Source: a virus (lineage: Duplodnaviria; Caudoviricetes). Taken from it: DNA of 62,267 nt. The first letter of the stretch is position 1, and every line of letters starts with the position of its first letter. Positions 18,898 to 27,432 of this stretch are shown one piece after another. The stretch covers positions 1-62,267 of IMG/VR virus record IMGVR_UViG_3300023210_000034, one strand, 5' to 3'. The position numbers and the translations under genes were made by a program. The notes below the pieces were generated by a model. The model was given only the letters and a program-made list of their open reading frames with translations, searched no databases and was not told the origin of the DNA.

Positions 18898-19526
18898 AAG
18901 TACTATTAACAGGAGCATCATCAGGGATCGGTGAAGCTATCCTTCATGAACTTCAAGCAGATGGTCACGAGGTCATCGACCCAACACGTGATGAACTTGA
19001 CTTAAATGATCCAATTCAAGTGTCTGAATACGCTTCGACTGATATTCCCCTAGAGGATTTCGATATCCTGATCAATAATGCTGGTCATGATCATGGCGGA
19101 AAGACTCCATTTAGTCTACAACAACCACATGATGTTCAATCGATCATGCAAGTGAATCTTCTCGCCCCAATAGCCCTAACACAGTCTGTATTAAAACACA
19201 ACACTGTAGCGACAATCGTTAATATCACTAGTATGAATGTTCGAAGATATCCACCGAATGATCTCGCCTATACTCTAAGCAAGAAGAGTTTGCATGAGTT
19301 CACTGAACTGTTGCGTACAGAACATCGAGAAGCACGATTCATAGAGATTAGACCGGGACTTGTCAAGACAGGCTTCAATAAAGCACGGTTCTATGACCGT
19401 CGAGAGAGTTTTGATGATGGGTTGTACAGTAATCCTCATATGATGCCTATAGATGTTGCTCGTACAGTAATGAATGCCTTGAATGATCCTAATATGAACG
19501 TTGTGGAGTTAGAACCATCGAATTAA
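18894..19526 (+). CDS. Short-chain dehydrogenase/reductase (SDR)
   Basis: TGASSGIG, NNAG, YTLSK (YxxxK), PGLVKT. Confidence 0.9.
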   Translation: MKVLLTGASSGIGEAILHELQADGHEVIDPTRDELDLNDPIQVSEYASTDIPLEDFDILINNAGHDHGGKTPFSLQQPHDVQSIMQVNLLAPIALTQSVLKHNTVATIVNITSMNVRRYPPNDLAYTLSKKSLHEFTELLRTEHREARFIEIRPGLVKTGFNKARFYDRRESFDDGLYSNPHMMPIDVARTVMNALNDPNMNVVELEPSN

Positions 19527-20614
19527 CACATCCATGGCAACTATACCATTGGCACTTCGAACCATCCTCTAAATGTGCTCTAGAATGCCCAAGGTGCCCT
19601 CGTACAGAGCTTCCGGACACTCCTTGGTTAAACCGTGAGCTATCGCTCGAACAGTTCCAAGAGATACTCACACCAGAGTTATTACAGGATGAAGTCAAAC
19701 GTATCACGATGTGTGGTGATGTTGGCGATCCAATCTATTGTAAAGAGTATCTCGCCATCATTCGATACATCAAAGAACATAACCCTAAGATACACGTGTA
19801 CACGATCACTAATGGTTCATATAAAACCCCATCATGGTGGAGAGAGTTCGCCTCGATCAGTAATCAATACGATACCATTAACTTCTCAGTAGATGGTTAC
19901 AATCAATCCTCGAATAACCTTTATCGAGTTAATAGTTCTTTTGATAGTATCATGACAGGGATGGGTATAATGTGTCGTGAATCGTCCTGTTATGTCAATT
20001 GGGCAATGATTGTGTTCAAGTTCAATGAGGATCACATCGATACCATGAAGGACATCGCTCGGGCACAGGGTTGTGATGGTTTCCAGATCACTAAATCGAC
20101 TAAGTTCAACAGTAAATACGGCAATCCTGAACCAGACGATCTCGAACCATCAGAGGATAATATCAGTTCATCCAATAGATATGAACGTGAATATATTAAT
20201 CTTCGCAATCGTCGGCTGGACAACACAGAGTATATGTTGTATAATCAAGAGAAGTACGAAGAAGTTCGAGAAGAATACGGTGGATTTATCATGCCGATGT
20301 GTCTCATTGGTAACCGAGGATTGTTTGTTAATGCTGCGGGAACATTACATCCATGTAGTTGGGTAAGTTATCCTTATACTAAACTGTCGAACAAGCGTAA
20401 GACGATAGAGTACAAGAACAGTTTTTATGCTGAATACCGTGAACAGTTGAATGTTATTGATCGTGGGCTAGAGGATGTATTGAATGATCCAGCGTGGGAT
20501 AAGTTGTTTAGAACGTTCAATGATCCTGATAAAGCATGGGTTGAATGTGAACAGAAATGCAATCAATGTATTGTACAACAAACGGGATATGCTGTAGGAT
20601 ATGAAACAAACTAG
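19517..20614 (+). CDS. Radical SAM protein with C-terminal SPASM/twitch-like Cys domain, probable ATC start
   Basis: Frame upstream of ATG 19709 encodes HWHFEPSSKCALECPRCPR (CxxxCxxC); then CGDVGDP, TNGS, SVDG, MC...HPCSW...CEQKC. Confidence 0.85.
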   Translation: MELTHPWQLYHWHFEPSSKCALECPRCPRTELPDTPWLNRELSLEQFQEILTPELLQDEVKRITMCGDVGDPIYCKEYLAIIRYIKEHNPKIHVYTITNGSYKTPSWWREFASISNQYDTINFSVDGYNQSSNNLYRVNSSFDSIMTGMGIMCRESSCYVNWAMIVFKFNEDHIDTMKDIARAQGCDGFQITKSTKFNSKYGNPEPDDLEPSEDNISSSNRYEREYINLRNRRLDNTEYMLYNQEKYEEVREEYGGFIMPMCLIGNRGLFVNAAGTLHPCSWVSYPYTKLSNKRKTIEYKNSFYAEYREQLNVIDRGLEDVLNDPAWDKLFRTFNDPDKAWVECEQKCNQCIVQQTGYAVGYETN

Positions 20615-20777
20615 TCCATATACTGATCAAGAATTGCTTGACATATTATCACGATCATGCAAGACGTGCGGTCGAACAACGTGGTCGTTTCAAAGTGGTG
20701 TAACCTGTATTCTATTCGATACGAAGAAGTCACGATGCATCGACAATAAGTATCTCTATTGGGTGAAGAATGACTGA
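20601..20777 (+). CDS. Small Cys-rich protein (TDxEL...CxxC...C...C family; 58 aa, not in ORF track)
   Basis: MKQTSPYTDQELLDILSRSCKTCGRTTWSFQSGVTCILFDTKKSRCIDNKYLYWVKND*. Confidence 0.7.
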   Translation: MKQTSPYTDQELLDILSRSCKTCGRTTWSFQSGVTCILFDTKKSRCIDNKYLYWVKND

Positions 20778-20955
20778 TTCACCATACACTGATGAAGAAC
20801 TGATAGAAGCCTTAACTGTTAGGCGGCATTGTCCTACATGTCATTGGTGGTTCACGCACAGTACAGGGTCAATGTGTAGGGTACGCTCGGGTAACTATGT
20901 GGAATGTATCCTCAATGATTACGATGCATGGTACCGCAGGAAACCTAAATCCTAG
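20770..20955 (+). CDS. Small Cys-rich protein (TDxEL...CxxC...C...C family)
   Basis: MTDSPYTDEELI...CPTC...MC...ECILNDYDAW. Confidence 0.7.
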   Translation: MTDSPYTDEELIEALTVRRHCPTCHWWFTHSTGSMCRVRSGNYVECILNDYDAWYRRKPKS

Positions 20956-21312
20956 TTATCTCCCTGTGCATTGTTCATTATACGTGGCGCGAAGTTTATC
21001 ATGCTGATCAGTAGCATTCTTGTACAGTTCCACCACAGCATCCTCACGAGCATAAGCCGACATTGCCGCTTCCGTAGTTGAATCATTTATCCGGAAATTA
21101 GCGGTGGCCATACGCTCAATATGTCGTTGGGCTTGAAGAGCATTCCTGCGCATCATGTTATAGGTGATGTCTTCTGTCATCATACGACAGTTGTCGGCAC
21201 GTTCGGCATGAGCATTCACATGATCTATCCACGAAGGTCCGTATGCCACAACCACTAGGGCTACGATCACGGACAAGATAGCGATCATGATCTTCTCTCT
21301 GATATAATTCAT
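20956..21312 (-). CDS. Membrane-anchored or exported hypothetical protein
   Basis: N-terminal hydrophobic helix, two Cys. Confidence 0.65.
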   Translation of the reverse strand: MNYIREKIMIAILSVIVALVVVAYGPSWIDHVNAHAERADNCRMMTEDITYNMMRRNALQAQRHIERMATANFRINDSTTEAAMSAYAREDAVVELYKNATDQHDKLRATYNEQCTGR

Positions 21313-21773
21313 TTGATTTTCCTTTTCCGGGGTTTACCTTGCTTGGTCAATGATGCTTGATACTCCAGAGCAATAGCAATCTTGACCAGTTTCTCTTCTC
21401 TACTATGACCCACCCGTACCATGTCGTCGGGTGAAGCGGTCAGGCCGGACTTACCATTCTTCTCGTGGTTAGTGGTCATGCACAATGCTGGCATACCCTG
21501 TTTCGCGTATGCGTCTGATGCTGCCATCTGGATAACTGTTGCGAAATAGTTACGTGTCATATCCCACACTTGAACAAGATCACCCACTTTAATTTCGTTC
21601 AGGGGAGTTTCAAGGCTTTTCATGTAATATGTATGGGCCAGTTCCCCGCGCTTGGTGAATGACAGTCCACCGCCATGACACTTAAAGCATTTAGTACCGT
21701 ATGCGCGACAGTAGCTGTATTGTCCAGTACCGCCGCATCGTGAGCATGTTGTTGTTTCAAATGATGTAGCCAT
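21309..21773 (-). CDS. Protein with DnaJ-like CxxCxGxG zinc-finger
   Basis: CSRCGGTG...CFKCHGGG; GGAG RBS; downstream of repeated promoter. Confidence 0.75.
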   Translation of the reverse strand: MATSFETTTCSRCGGTGQYSYCRAYGTKCFKCHGGGLSFTKRGELAHTYYMKSLETPLNEIKVGDLVQVWDMTRNYFATVIQMAASDAYAKQGMPALCMTTNHEKNGKSGLTASPDDMVRVGHSREEKLVKIAIALEYQASLTKQGKPRKRKIK

Positions 21774-21794
21774 GTTTGCATCTCCGGTGTTTGA

Positions 21795-21841
21795 TGTTTC
21801 TTTCTACCCTCTGAGTGTACCATGAATCCCTGTGGGGTCAA
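21795..21841 (-). promoter_or_regulatory. Sigma70-type early promoter, repeat copy 1
   Basis: TTGACC-N16-TACACT with extended TG; 35-bp core identical to 22092-22126. Confidence 0.75.
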
Positions 21842-21856
21842 TCTTTTTTGAGAGGT

Positions 21857-22072
21857 TTATTTTGCGCTGATCTCGTCGGCGTACCGGTTGAATTCGGCAT
21901 AGAACTCTTCGGTATCATCGCGGATATCGATGCCAGCGTCCATGACATCCATGAAGGTATCGCTATCAACCCAGTTCCAATTGATTGAACCATCTTCGTT
22001 GCGATTTTCAGCTAACACGATTGCTTTGTCCATTGCGTTCCGGATGATGGTTTTCAGTCCACTGTAAGTCAT
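21857..22072 (-). CDS. Small acidic early phage protein
   Basis: MTYSGLK...ENRNEDGSINWNWVDSD; AGGAG RBS before 22072. Confidence 0.7.
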   Translation of the reverse strand: MTYSGLKTIIRNAMDKAIVLAENRNEDGSINWNWVDSDTFMDVMDAGIDIRDDTEEFYAEFNRYADEISAK

Positions 22073-22091
22073 GATGTTCGCTCCTGTTCGG

Positions 22092-22138
22092 TGTTTCTTT
22101 CTACCCTCTGAGTGTACCATGAATCCATGTGGTGTCAA
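22092..22138 (-). promoter_or_regulatory. Sigma70-type early promoter, repeat copy 2
   Basis: TTGACA-N16-TACACT with extended TG. Confidence 0.75.
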
Positions 22139-22158
22139 CTGTTTCAGGATGTTATTCC

Positions 22159-22300
22159 ACACAACCTATGATACCCAAGAATCTGTACCTGATTCTTTTA
22201 CTCAGGTATTATCTGAGATGGCTGTATCCCTTACTGGAAGCCAAACACGATTTCCGATAATGCATGTTATGCCGCTTAAATTACAAACTCAAGGTTGTAT
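22159..22300. ncRNA. Candidate multi-branch structured RNA/DNA element
   Basis: Closing stem ACAACCT(22161)/AGGTTGT(22292) enclosing hairpins AAGAATC/GATTCTT, CTCAG/CTGAG, GGCT/AGCC, GCAT/ATGC. Confidence 0.4.
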
Positions 22301-23364
22301 TAATTCTCTCGAATGATTTCAGAGATGCTCGGGATTAGTTTTTGAATGTCTACCCCACGATGCTTCAAGTTGTACTCAGCACGTGCCCAGAACTGTTCAA
22401 TCAATGATTGATCCACCTCAGTATCAATGGCCAGATCGATCTCCTTCAATAACCCTTGATCTTGTATATGTTGTCGAACTTGTTTAAGATATTCCGGCTT
22501 CAACATTTTGATATGATAATACTCAGGGTCACACAATACATTAGAGAACCATGACTCAGCAAAATACCCATCGATCTCATCAATGGTCTCAGGCAATTGC
22601 ATTAAATTCAAGCAGGTTATTGTCGGTGACCAGTGTAATTTGATGTTCGAACGCATAGAGAACTTCTTGATGTTCTCATAAACCACATCCCAATCACCCC
22701 CAGCGCGTTGATAGTTGAATACATCTCCCATACCATCTATAGAACATGTCAACCCACCCAAGCTAAACGTTTCTAACTCATCCAATAGCTCATCGTCATA
22801 TCGTGAACCATTAGTGAACGATACTACCCGAACATCCTTGATAGGTATCTGACGCAAGAACTCTATCACTGTGTTCTTGATGACAAAGGGTTCACCACCG
22901 GCCAACATGATCTGCTTCAATCCTGTCATGCTTGGGAGATCATTGATTAAGGCAGCATGATGATCAACGGGCATCTCAACATATGGAGTCTCGTTCGGAT
23001 ACGTCTCCTTATGAATGAGATGACTATAGCTGGGGTTACACATCACACAATTGAAATTACATACATTGTTGAAGCGTACGTGAAGGTATTCTATATCAGA
23101 GGCTTGAACAGTCTCAGAGGTCACGATGCCATCGTTGCTGTACTTCCTAGTGATCCCCTTACTATGCTTACACCCAACACACTCAGGGGGAGTGATACCA
23201 TTCATTACATCACGTCTGATCGCTTTCAATACAGGATGATTATGCAAGTCTGAGGTAACGATCTCTTTATATTCTGGTCTATTGTTGCTACGTACATAAC
23301 AACATGGGGTCACTCTGGAAGAAGTATCAACGAACACCCCATTATTCAAGTGTGAACATATCAT
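22300..23364 (-). CDS. Radical SAM protein with N-terminal twitch-like domain
   Basis: C...PCCY...ECVGC, CNFNCVMC, AGGEPF, TNGS, SIDG. Confidence 0.9.
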   Translation of the reverse strand: MICSHLNNGVFVDTSSRVTPCCYVRSNNRPEYKEIVTSDLHNHPVLKAIRRDVMNGITPPECVGCKHSKGITRKYSNDGIVTSETVQASDIEYLHVRFNNVCNFNCVMCNPSYSHLIHKETYPNETPYVEMPVDHHAALINDLPSMTGLKQIMLAGGEPFVIKNTVIEFLRQIPIKDVRVVSFTNGSRYDDELLDELETFSLGGLTCSIDGMGDVFNYQRAGGDWDVVYENIKKFSMRSNIKLHWSPTITCLNLMQLPETIDEIDGYFAESWFSNVLCDPEYYHIKMLKPEYLKQVRQHIQDQGLLKEIDLAIDTEVDQSLIEQFWARAEYNLKHRGVDIQKLIPSISEIIREN

Positions 23365-23936
23365 TCAACTATCCCGAACACCAAGTGTATTCTATAGGGG
23401 AAACTCTGCATGGGATCATATCCAGACATGTTCACAAAGCTATGGGTCTTCACCGTTTCTGCATGATATACGGAACCCTCCTTCATATGATATGATTGAA
23501 CATCGTTCTGAAGAGCATCCAATCCATTAGGATAGAATAACATCTGGTTATTAGGGCTAGTGAGCACTGGTATATGAATGCGGTTTGATGGGTCTGTATG
23601 GGCCGTGTAGGACGACTGAGTATTGACCAGCATCCATCTCCCCCGAACTAATGTGTATGGTATTTCATCTAGGATATCAGGTAGTATAGAGTCAATCATG
23701 TCGGGGGTCAATGCGGTGTACGCTTCCTCTGGATGAGAGAGGTCTGCTATCCTTCCGCACGAGTCCATATAACTATCGAACATATGTTCCGGCACCATTT
23801 GAACCGCCCGTTGAACATTCTTATTGAAGTCCTTTTGATCTCTATTCCACCAATCATCACTTTGTTCCCATATCGAATGGAATAATTGCTGTAATTTGAT
23901 CACGTCTACATTAATACCTAAATCGGTTACACTCAT
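23361..23936 (-). CDS. AspH-like 2OG-Fe(II) oxygenase
   Basis: HTD...RIHIPV...H.FVN...RIHLV. Confidence 0.7.
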   Translation of the reverse strand: MSVTDLGINVDVIKLQQLFHSIWEQSDDWWNRDQKDFNKNVQRAVQMVPEHMFDSYMDSCGRIADLSHPEEAYTALTPDMIDSILPDILDEIPYTLVRGRWMLVNTQSSYTAHTDPSNRIHIPVLTSPNNQMLFYPNGLDALQNDVQSYHMKEGSVYHAETVKTHSFVNMSGYDPMQSFPYRIHLVFGIVE

Positions 23937-24907
23937 TCTTTAATCCTCTGACTTGTGGGGGATACCCATGTGTTCTCTTGTTGTAGTGTTCGATCTTTGG
24001 TACATTTCTTCCTACATTGTGATGGAGCGTTGTCATAATCCTCTAATGATCTAATGAAATCCTGTGACCGTTGATCAATGATCTGCTGTAATGTATGATA
24101 CCTGATACTGTAGTTATCCCTCTGAATGCCAAAGGGTGAAACCTCTAGGTAATCATTGTTCGAGGCTATCCAACAACATGGAGTATAGACTCCTTCTGCG
24201 CTGATGTAATGTAGATTGCCCGTGCTGCATAATGGTTGGATCATCTTGTTATTAGGCTCGATCACTGGCTTGGCGGTCTTGTTCGAACTTACCCAATCAT
24301 CTGATGGGCGTAAGGGATCATCCAGTCCCTTGTATCGATCACTCTTGATCAATGTGAATTCATCTAACCCTATCTCGGTACATAGTTCACGTGCCTCTTC
24401 AAGCTGGTGTTCGTTATGCTTGAATACGATTAGTTCCCAATGAGATCGTGCTTTGGAGGTAGCCATAATACGCATACCTGCCTCAATAGAGTCCCAATCA
24501 GCATTCTCTCTATAGATATGATTGGTGTCACGTAACCCATCAACACAGAAGCTCATGGTGTCATGTTCTTGTAGTATCGAAGCAGTCTTTTCCCACCAGT
24601 CGGTCGAACGATATGAACCATTCGTCCGTATTGAGATCATTTGATTATGCTCTTTCAGATATTCAAGATACCCATGGAAGTTGTTATGATAGATCGCATC
24701 ACCATAGTTACCACATAGTAGAAACTTGTAACGCTTCTTCAATATCTCAGGGGTAAACGCTTGCTTGAAGACATCCAATGGTAACGAGGTATTTGTATTA
24801 GCTTCTGGGAATACGACACGAGAACATTTGGAACAGTTCACGGCACACTTCGAGACGATCTCTACATGCCACGATTTTATATCATTCAGGGAGATCGGTG
24901 CTGTCAC
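23933..24907 (-). CDS. Radical SAM protein with SPASM/twitch-like domain (paralog of 19517)
   Basis: WHVEIVSKCAVNCSKC, CGNYGD, TNGS, VDG, PCCW, CRKKC. Confidence 0.9.
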   Translation of the reverse strand: MTAPISLNDIKSWHVEIVSKCAVNCSKCSRVVFPEANTNTSLPLDVFKQAFTPEILKKRYKFLLCGNYGDAIYHNNFHGYLEYLKEHNQMISIRTNGSYRSTDWWEKTASILQEHDTMSFCVDGLRDTNHIYRENADWDSIEAGMRIMATSKARSHWELIVFKHNEHQLEEARELCTEIGLDEFTLIKSDRYKGLDDPLRPSDDWVSSNKTAKPVIEPNNKMIQPLCSTGNLHYISAEGVYTPCCWIASNNDYLEVSPFGIQRDNYSIRYHTLQQIIDQRSQDFIRSLEDYDNAPSQCRKKCTKDRTLQQENTWVSPTSQRIKE

Positions 24908-26132
24908 GATATACTCCTTTGATGCCTATGGTATGTTTGTCAAACATCTCTTGAAAGGCTTCTCTATCGTTTGATTTAGGTACACACATTCCACAACCAC
25001 ACATGCTATTAGGGCAGGTGATGATTGGTATGGTTCCATTTGCCTCTATTTGTTCCCTCAAGAACAAGTTGATCTTATCGAACTCTGTTATGGTACCAAT
25101 AGGTCCAGTTGCTCCATTGAAGTCGGCCCGACATGTTTGGTGATGATACACTAAATCGTTACCCTGTTCAATATGTAGGAAGAACCAATTCACCATACAG
25201 TCCCATCCTTTAAAGCGGGTATCATTAACGAACTTAAGTTTGTCCCATTCTTTGGTCTCGGAGTCCCTTAAGCATAGTGTACGTCCACCACAACACATAC
25301 GCCCGAGCTTACGCCCTACTTGTTTCTGGTTAGATTTCTCTTTATAGTCTGGTTCGAGGGATTTTTCCTGTGGTTCTTCGGTACTGGTTGTGGAGTCTTG
25401 TAGTTTATTGCCGCTTACTTCAGCGTTCTTTTTATCCCAAAAGGTTTTCATGTATTCTAATTGCCATGCATCATATGTATGAACAACCTTTCTCATGATA
25501 CCATCGGTGTCGGGGAACCAATCTGAATTGAAGCTTGACCCATCACCAATGACCCGAGGGGTGAATGCGATATCATTTGGTATAAGGAAGTTTTCGATTA
25601 AGTCCACACATTCTTCGAAGTGCTCTGCATGCATCATGACATTAACTGTCAACCATGTATTAGCATCGGGGGAGTTCTTAATCAATAGCATGTTCTCTTT
25701 GGCACGTTGTTTGAGTTTCTCTGGACCTTCGGTATGATATGATATCGTCATACCAGAGAAGTACTTCAATATTTCTTGATGTTTATCTGGATGCCATGTA
25801 CCATTTGTTGTCAAGCCGAGGTTAAAGTTCTCGCTGTATTGTTCTTTGATATGTGCGGCGAGTTCAAAGAACGCTGGGTTCACCACCGGTTCACCACCAG
25901 TGAATGATATAGTTGCCTTTGTCCAATCATCTGAATGATGTTGTTTGTATATTTCGTAGTATTCATTCAAGTGTGCGGCGGTAGTTTTAAGTTCTTCGAT
26001 GCTGGAATGAGGGCTATAGTTGTTATGCATATATCCGGTACAGTACGAGCAATCGAAGTTGCATCGTTTACCTAAGTCCCATATGATCATCATTTTATTG
26101 AATGAGTCTGAATCGATTGTGTCAAATGACAT
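24882..26132 (-). CDS. Radical SAM protein
   Basis: WDLGKRCNFDCSYC, TGGEP, TTNG, C-terminal CPNSMCGCGMC. Confidence 0.9.
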   Translation of the reverse strand: MSFDTIDSDSFNKMMIIWDLGKRCNFDCSYCTGYMHNNYSPHSSIEELKTTAAHLNEYYEIYKQHHSDDWTKATISFTGGEPVVNPAFFELAAHIKEQYSENFNLGLTTNGTWHPDKHQEILKYFSGMTISYHTEGPEKLKQRAKENMLLIKNSPDANTWLTVNVMMHAEHFEECVDLIENFLIPNDIAFTPRVIGDGSSFNSDWFPDTDGIMRKVVHTYDAWQLEYMKTFWDKKNAEVSGNKLQDSTTSTEEPQEKSLEPDYKEKSNQKQVGRKLGRMCCGGRTLCLRDSETKEWDKLKFVNDTRFKGWDCMVNWFFLHIEQGNDLVYHHQTCRADFNGATGPIGTITEFDKINLFLREQIEANGTIPIITCPNSMCGCGMCVPKSNDREAFQEMFDKHTIGIKGVYRDSTDLPE

Positions 26133-27033
26133 GTTGCACTCCTAGAATTTTGGTTGAACCCATTATGCGGGATTTGATTTCTTGGACATCTCCGATGACC
26201 CGTCCTACTATTGCTTTACCTATTGCTGCTCTAGGATCATCGCGTGTTATCCCTAGAGTGCTTAGATAGTTTGAATTACGATGGAACCACTCTTCGAAGT
26301 GAGCGGCCCGTTCAGTATTATAGAACGGCCCCCTATCGAATTGCAAGCAAAAATCTGCACTGTATTTCCATTGTGGTATCAATGCTTCTTCCCCTGCATG
26401 AGTTCCATCTTCTTGATCTTTATAGTAGTCCCAAAGATGCTTACCTTTATGACAATAGTTCAAAGAGATGTCGCCTGGATCATGTAATACGGTAAATGAA
26501 TCGAAGTCTTGATCTTCCATTGCAGTAGCTTCACGGTTGAAGAAGTGTGATACTATTCTACCTGCTGCACCCAAGTCTTCCCAACGATGGATCAATACAT
26601 TGTATGTTTCGATAGCGGTTCTGATATCACTTGGCGCTGCTACATACCATGGATTAGGGTCTTCGTTTTTCCCTCTCATATCCTCGAAGAACTTATGACA
26701 TCTATTGGAGTCTTGTTGTGTCATGTATGGTCCTTGAATTTTGAACATAGGGTCTTTTGGATTGTATGTATTTCGTCCTTCAAGGAACATTGATTGGGGA
26801 TCATACAGGTTTATGGTATCGATGATCGTGTTCAATTTGTTGATGATATCTAGTTCTGACCATTCGCTATTGAGGTTATATATTCTATCGGGTTGTGCTA
26901 TGGGATGATGTATGCGATTTTCACAAACATGTATCAATGCCTGTTTCCATTTTTGACCTAATGGTGTATCTGCGGCATCGAATTGTATGATTTCATTGGT
27001 TTGATTTGGTTTCTGTAATGTTAATTCAAACAT
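26122..27033 (-). CDS. Hypothetical protein of the radical SAM cluster
   Basis: 303-aa ORF, HKFFE...IHRWE...YCHKGK; ATAAATA immediately upstream. Confidence 0.7.
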   Translation of the reverse strand: MFELTLQKPNQTNEIIQFDAADTPLGQKWKQALIHVCENRIHHPIAQPDRIYNLNSEWSELDIINKLNTIIDTINLYDPQSMFLEGRNTYNPKDPMFKIQGPYMTQQDSNRCHKFFEDMRGKNEDPNPWYVAAPSDIRTAIETYNVLIHRWEDLGAAGRIVSHFFNREATAMEDQDFDSFTVLHDPGDISLNYCHKGKHLWDYYKDQEDGTHAGEEALIPQWKYSADFCLQFDRGPFYNTERAAHFEEWFHRNSNYLSTLGITRDDPRAAIGKAIVGRVIGDVQEIKSRIMGSTKILGVQHVI

Positions 27034-27038
27034 GACAT

Positions 27039-27045
27039 TATTTAT
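27039..27045 (-). promoter_or_regulatory. T4-type late promoter-like ATAAATA (near-leaderless)
   Basis: ATAAATA 5 nt upstream of ATG 27033. Confidence 0.5.
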
Positions 27046-27096
27046 GGTTCATTTTGACCTCAACAATTATTATTGAGTTCTTGTGACAAAAATTTG

Positions 27097-27423
27097 CTAG
27101 ATCAATGGTTCAGATGATAGTACCGTGACTGTAATATTTGATGTTGCTGCGCATGCATAGAAATCGTCTTGATGCGTTAGCCAATCTTGATATTCCACGG
27201 TATCCCATATACTGACTAGTGTCACTGTAGATTCCACCTCATCCCATGTGTATGTTCTATCCACGGTATAATTAGTCATTATTTCGATCATTGCGTCCCA
27301 TTCTGGTCTTGTGCTATAGAATGTGTTCATTGCGGTTCCGGCTGCTGCGGCAAAATCGATTGTAGCGCATTCTTCTGGGAAATTGCTGAAATCGAATGTA
27401 GATGTTATTTTAATTTGGGCCAT
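27097..27423 (-). CDS. Small acidic Thr-rich protein with its own late promoter
   Basis: 108 aa; AGGAG RBS; ATAAATA at 27441-27447. Confidence 0.75.
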   Translation of the reverse strand: MAQIKITSTFDFSNFPEECATIDFAAAAGTAMNTFYSTRPEWDAMIEIMTNYTVDRTYTWDEVESTVTLVSIWDTVEYQDWLTHQDDFYACAATSNITVTVLSSEPLI

Positions 27424-27432
27424 ATTGTACTC

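Noticed and set aside
21620-22162. Paralogous peptides TPxGFMVHSEGRKKH in ORFs 21620-21841 and 21857-22162
   Set aside because: The similarity is just the translation of the duplicated promoter/leader DNA; the real genes start downstream at RBS-supported ATGs.
22159-22300. Cobalamin or SAM riboswitch controlling radical SAM genes
   Set aside because: It lacks the B12 box and SAM-I core motifs, and it lies downstream rather than upstream of the operon.
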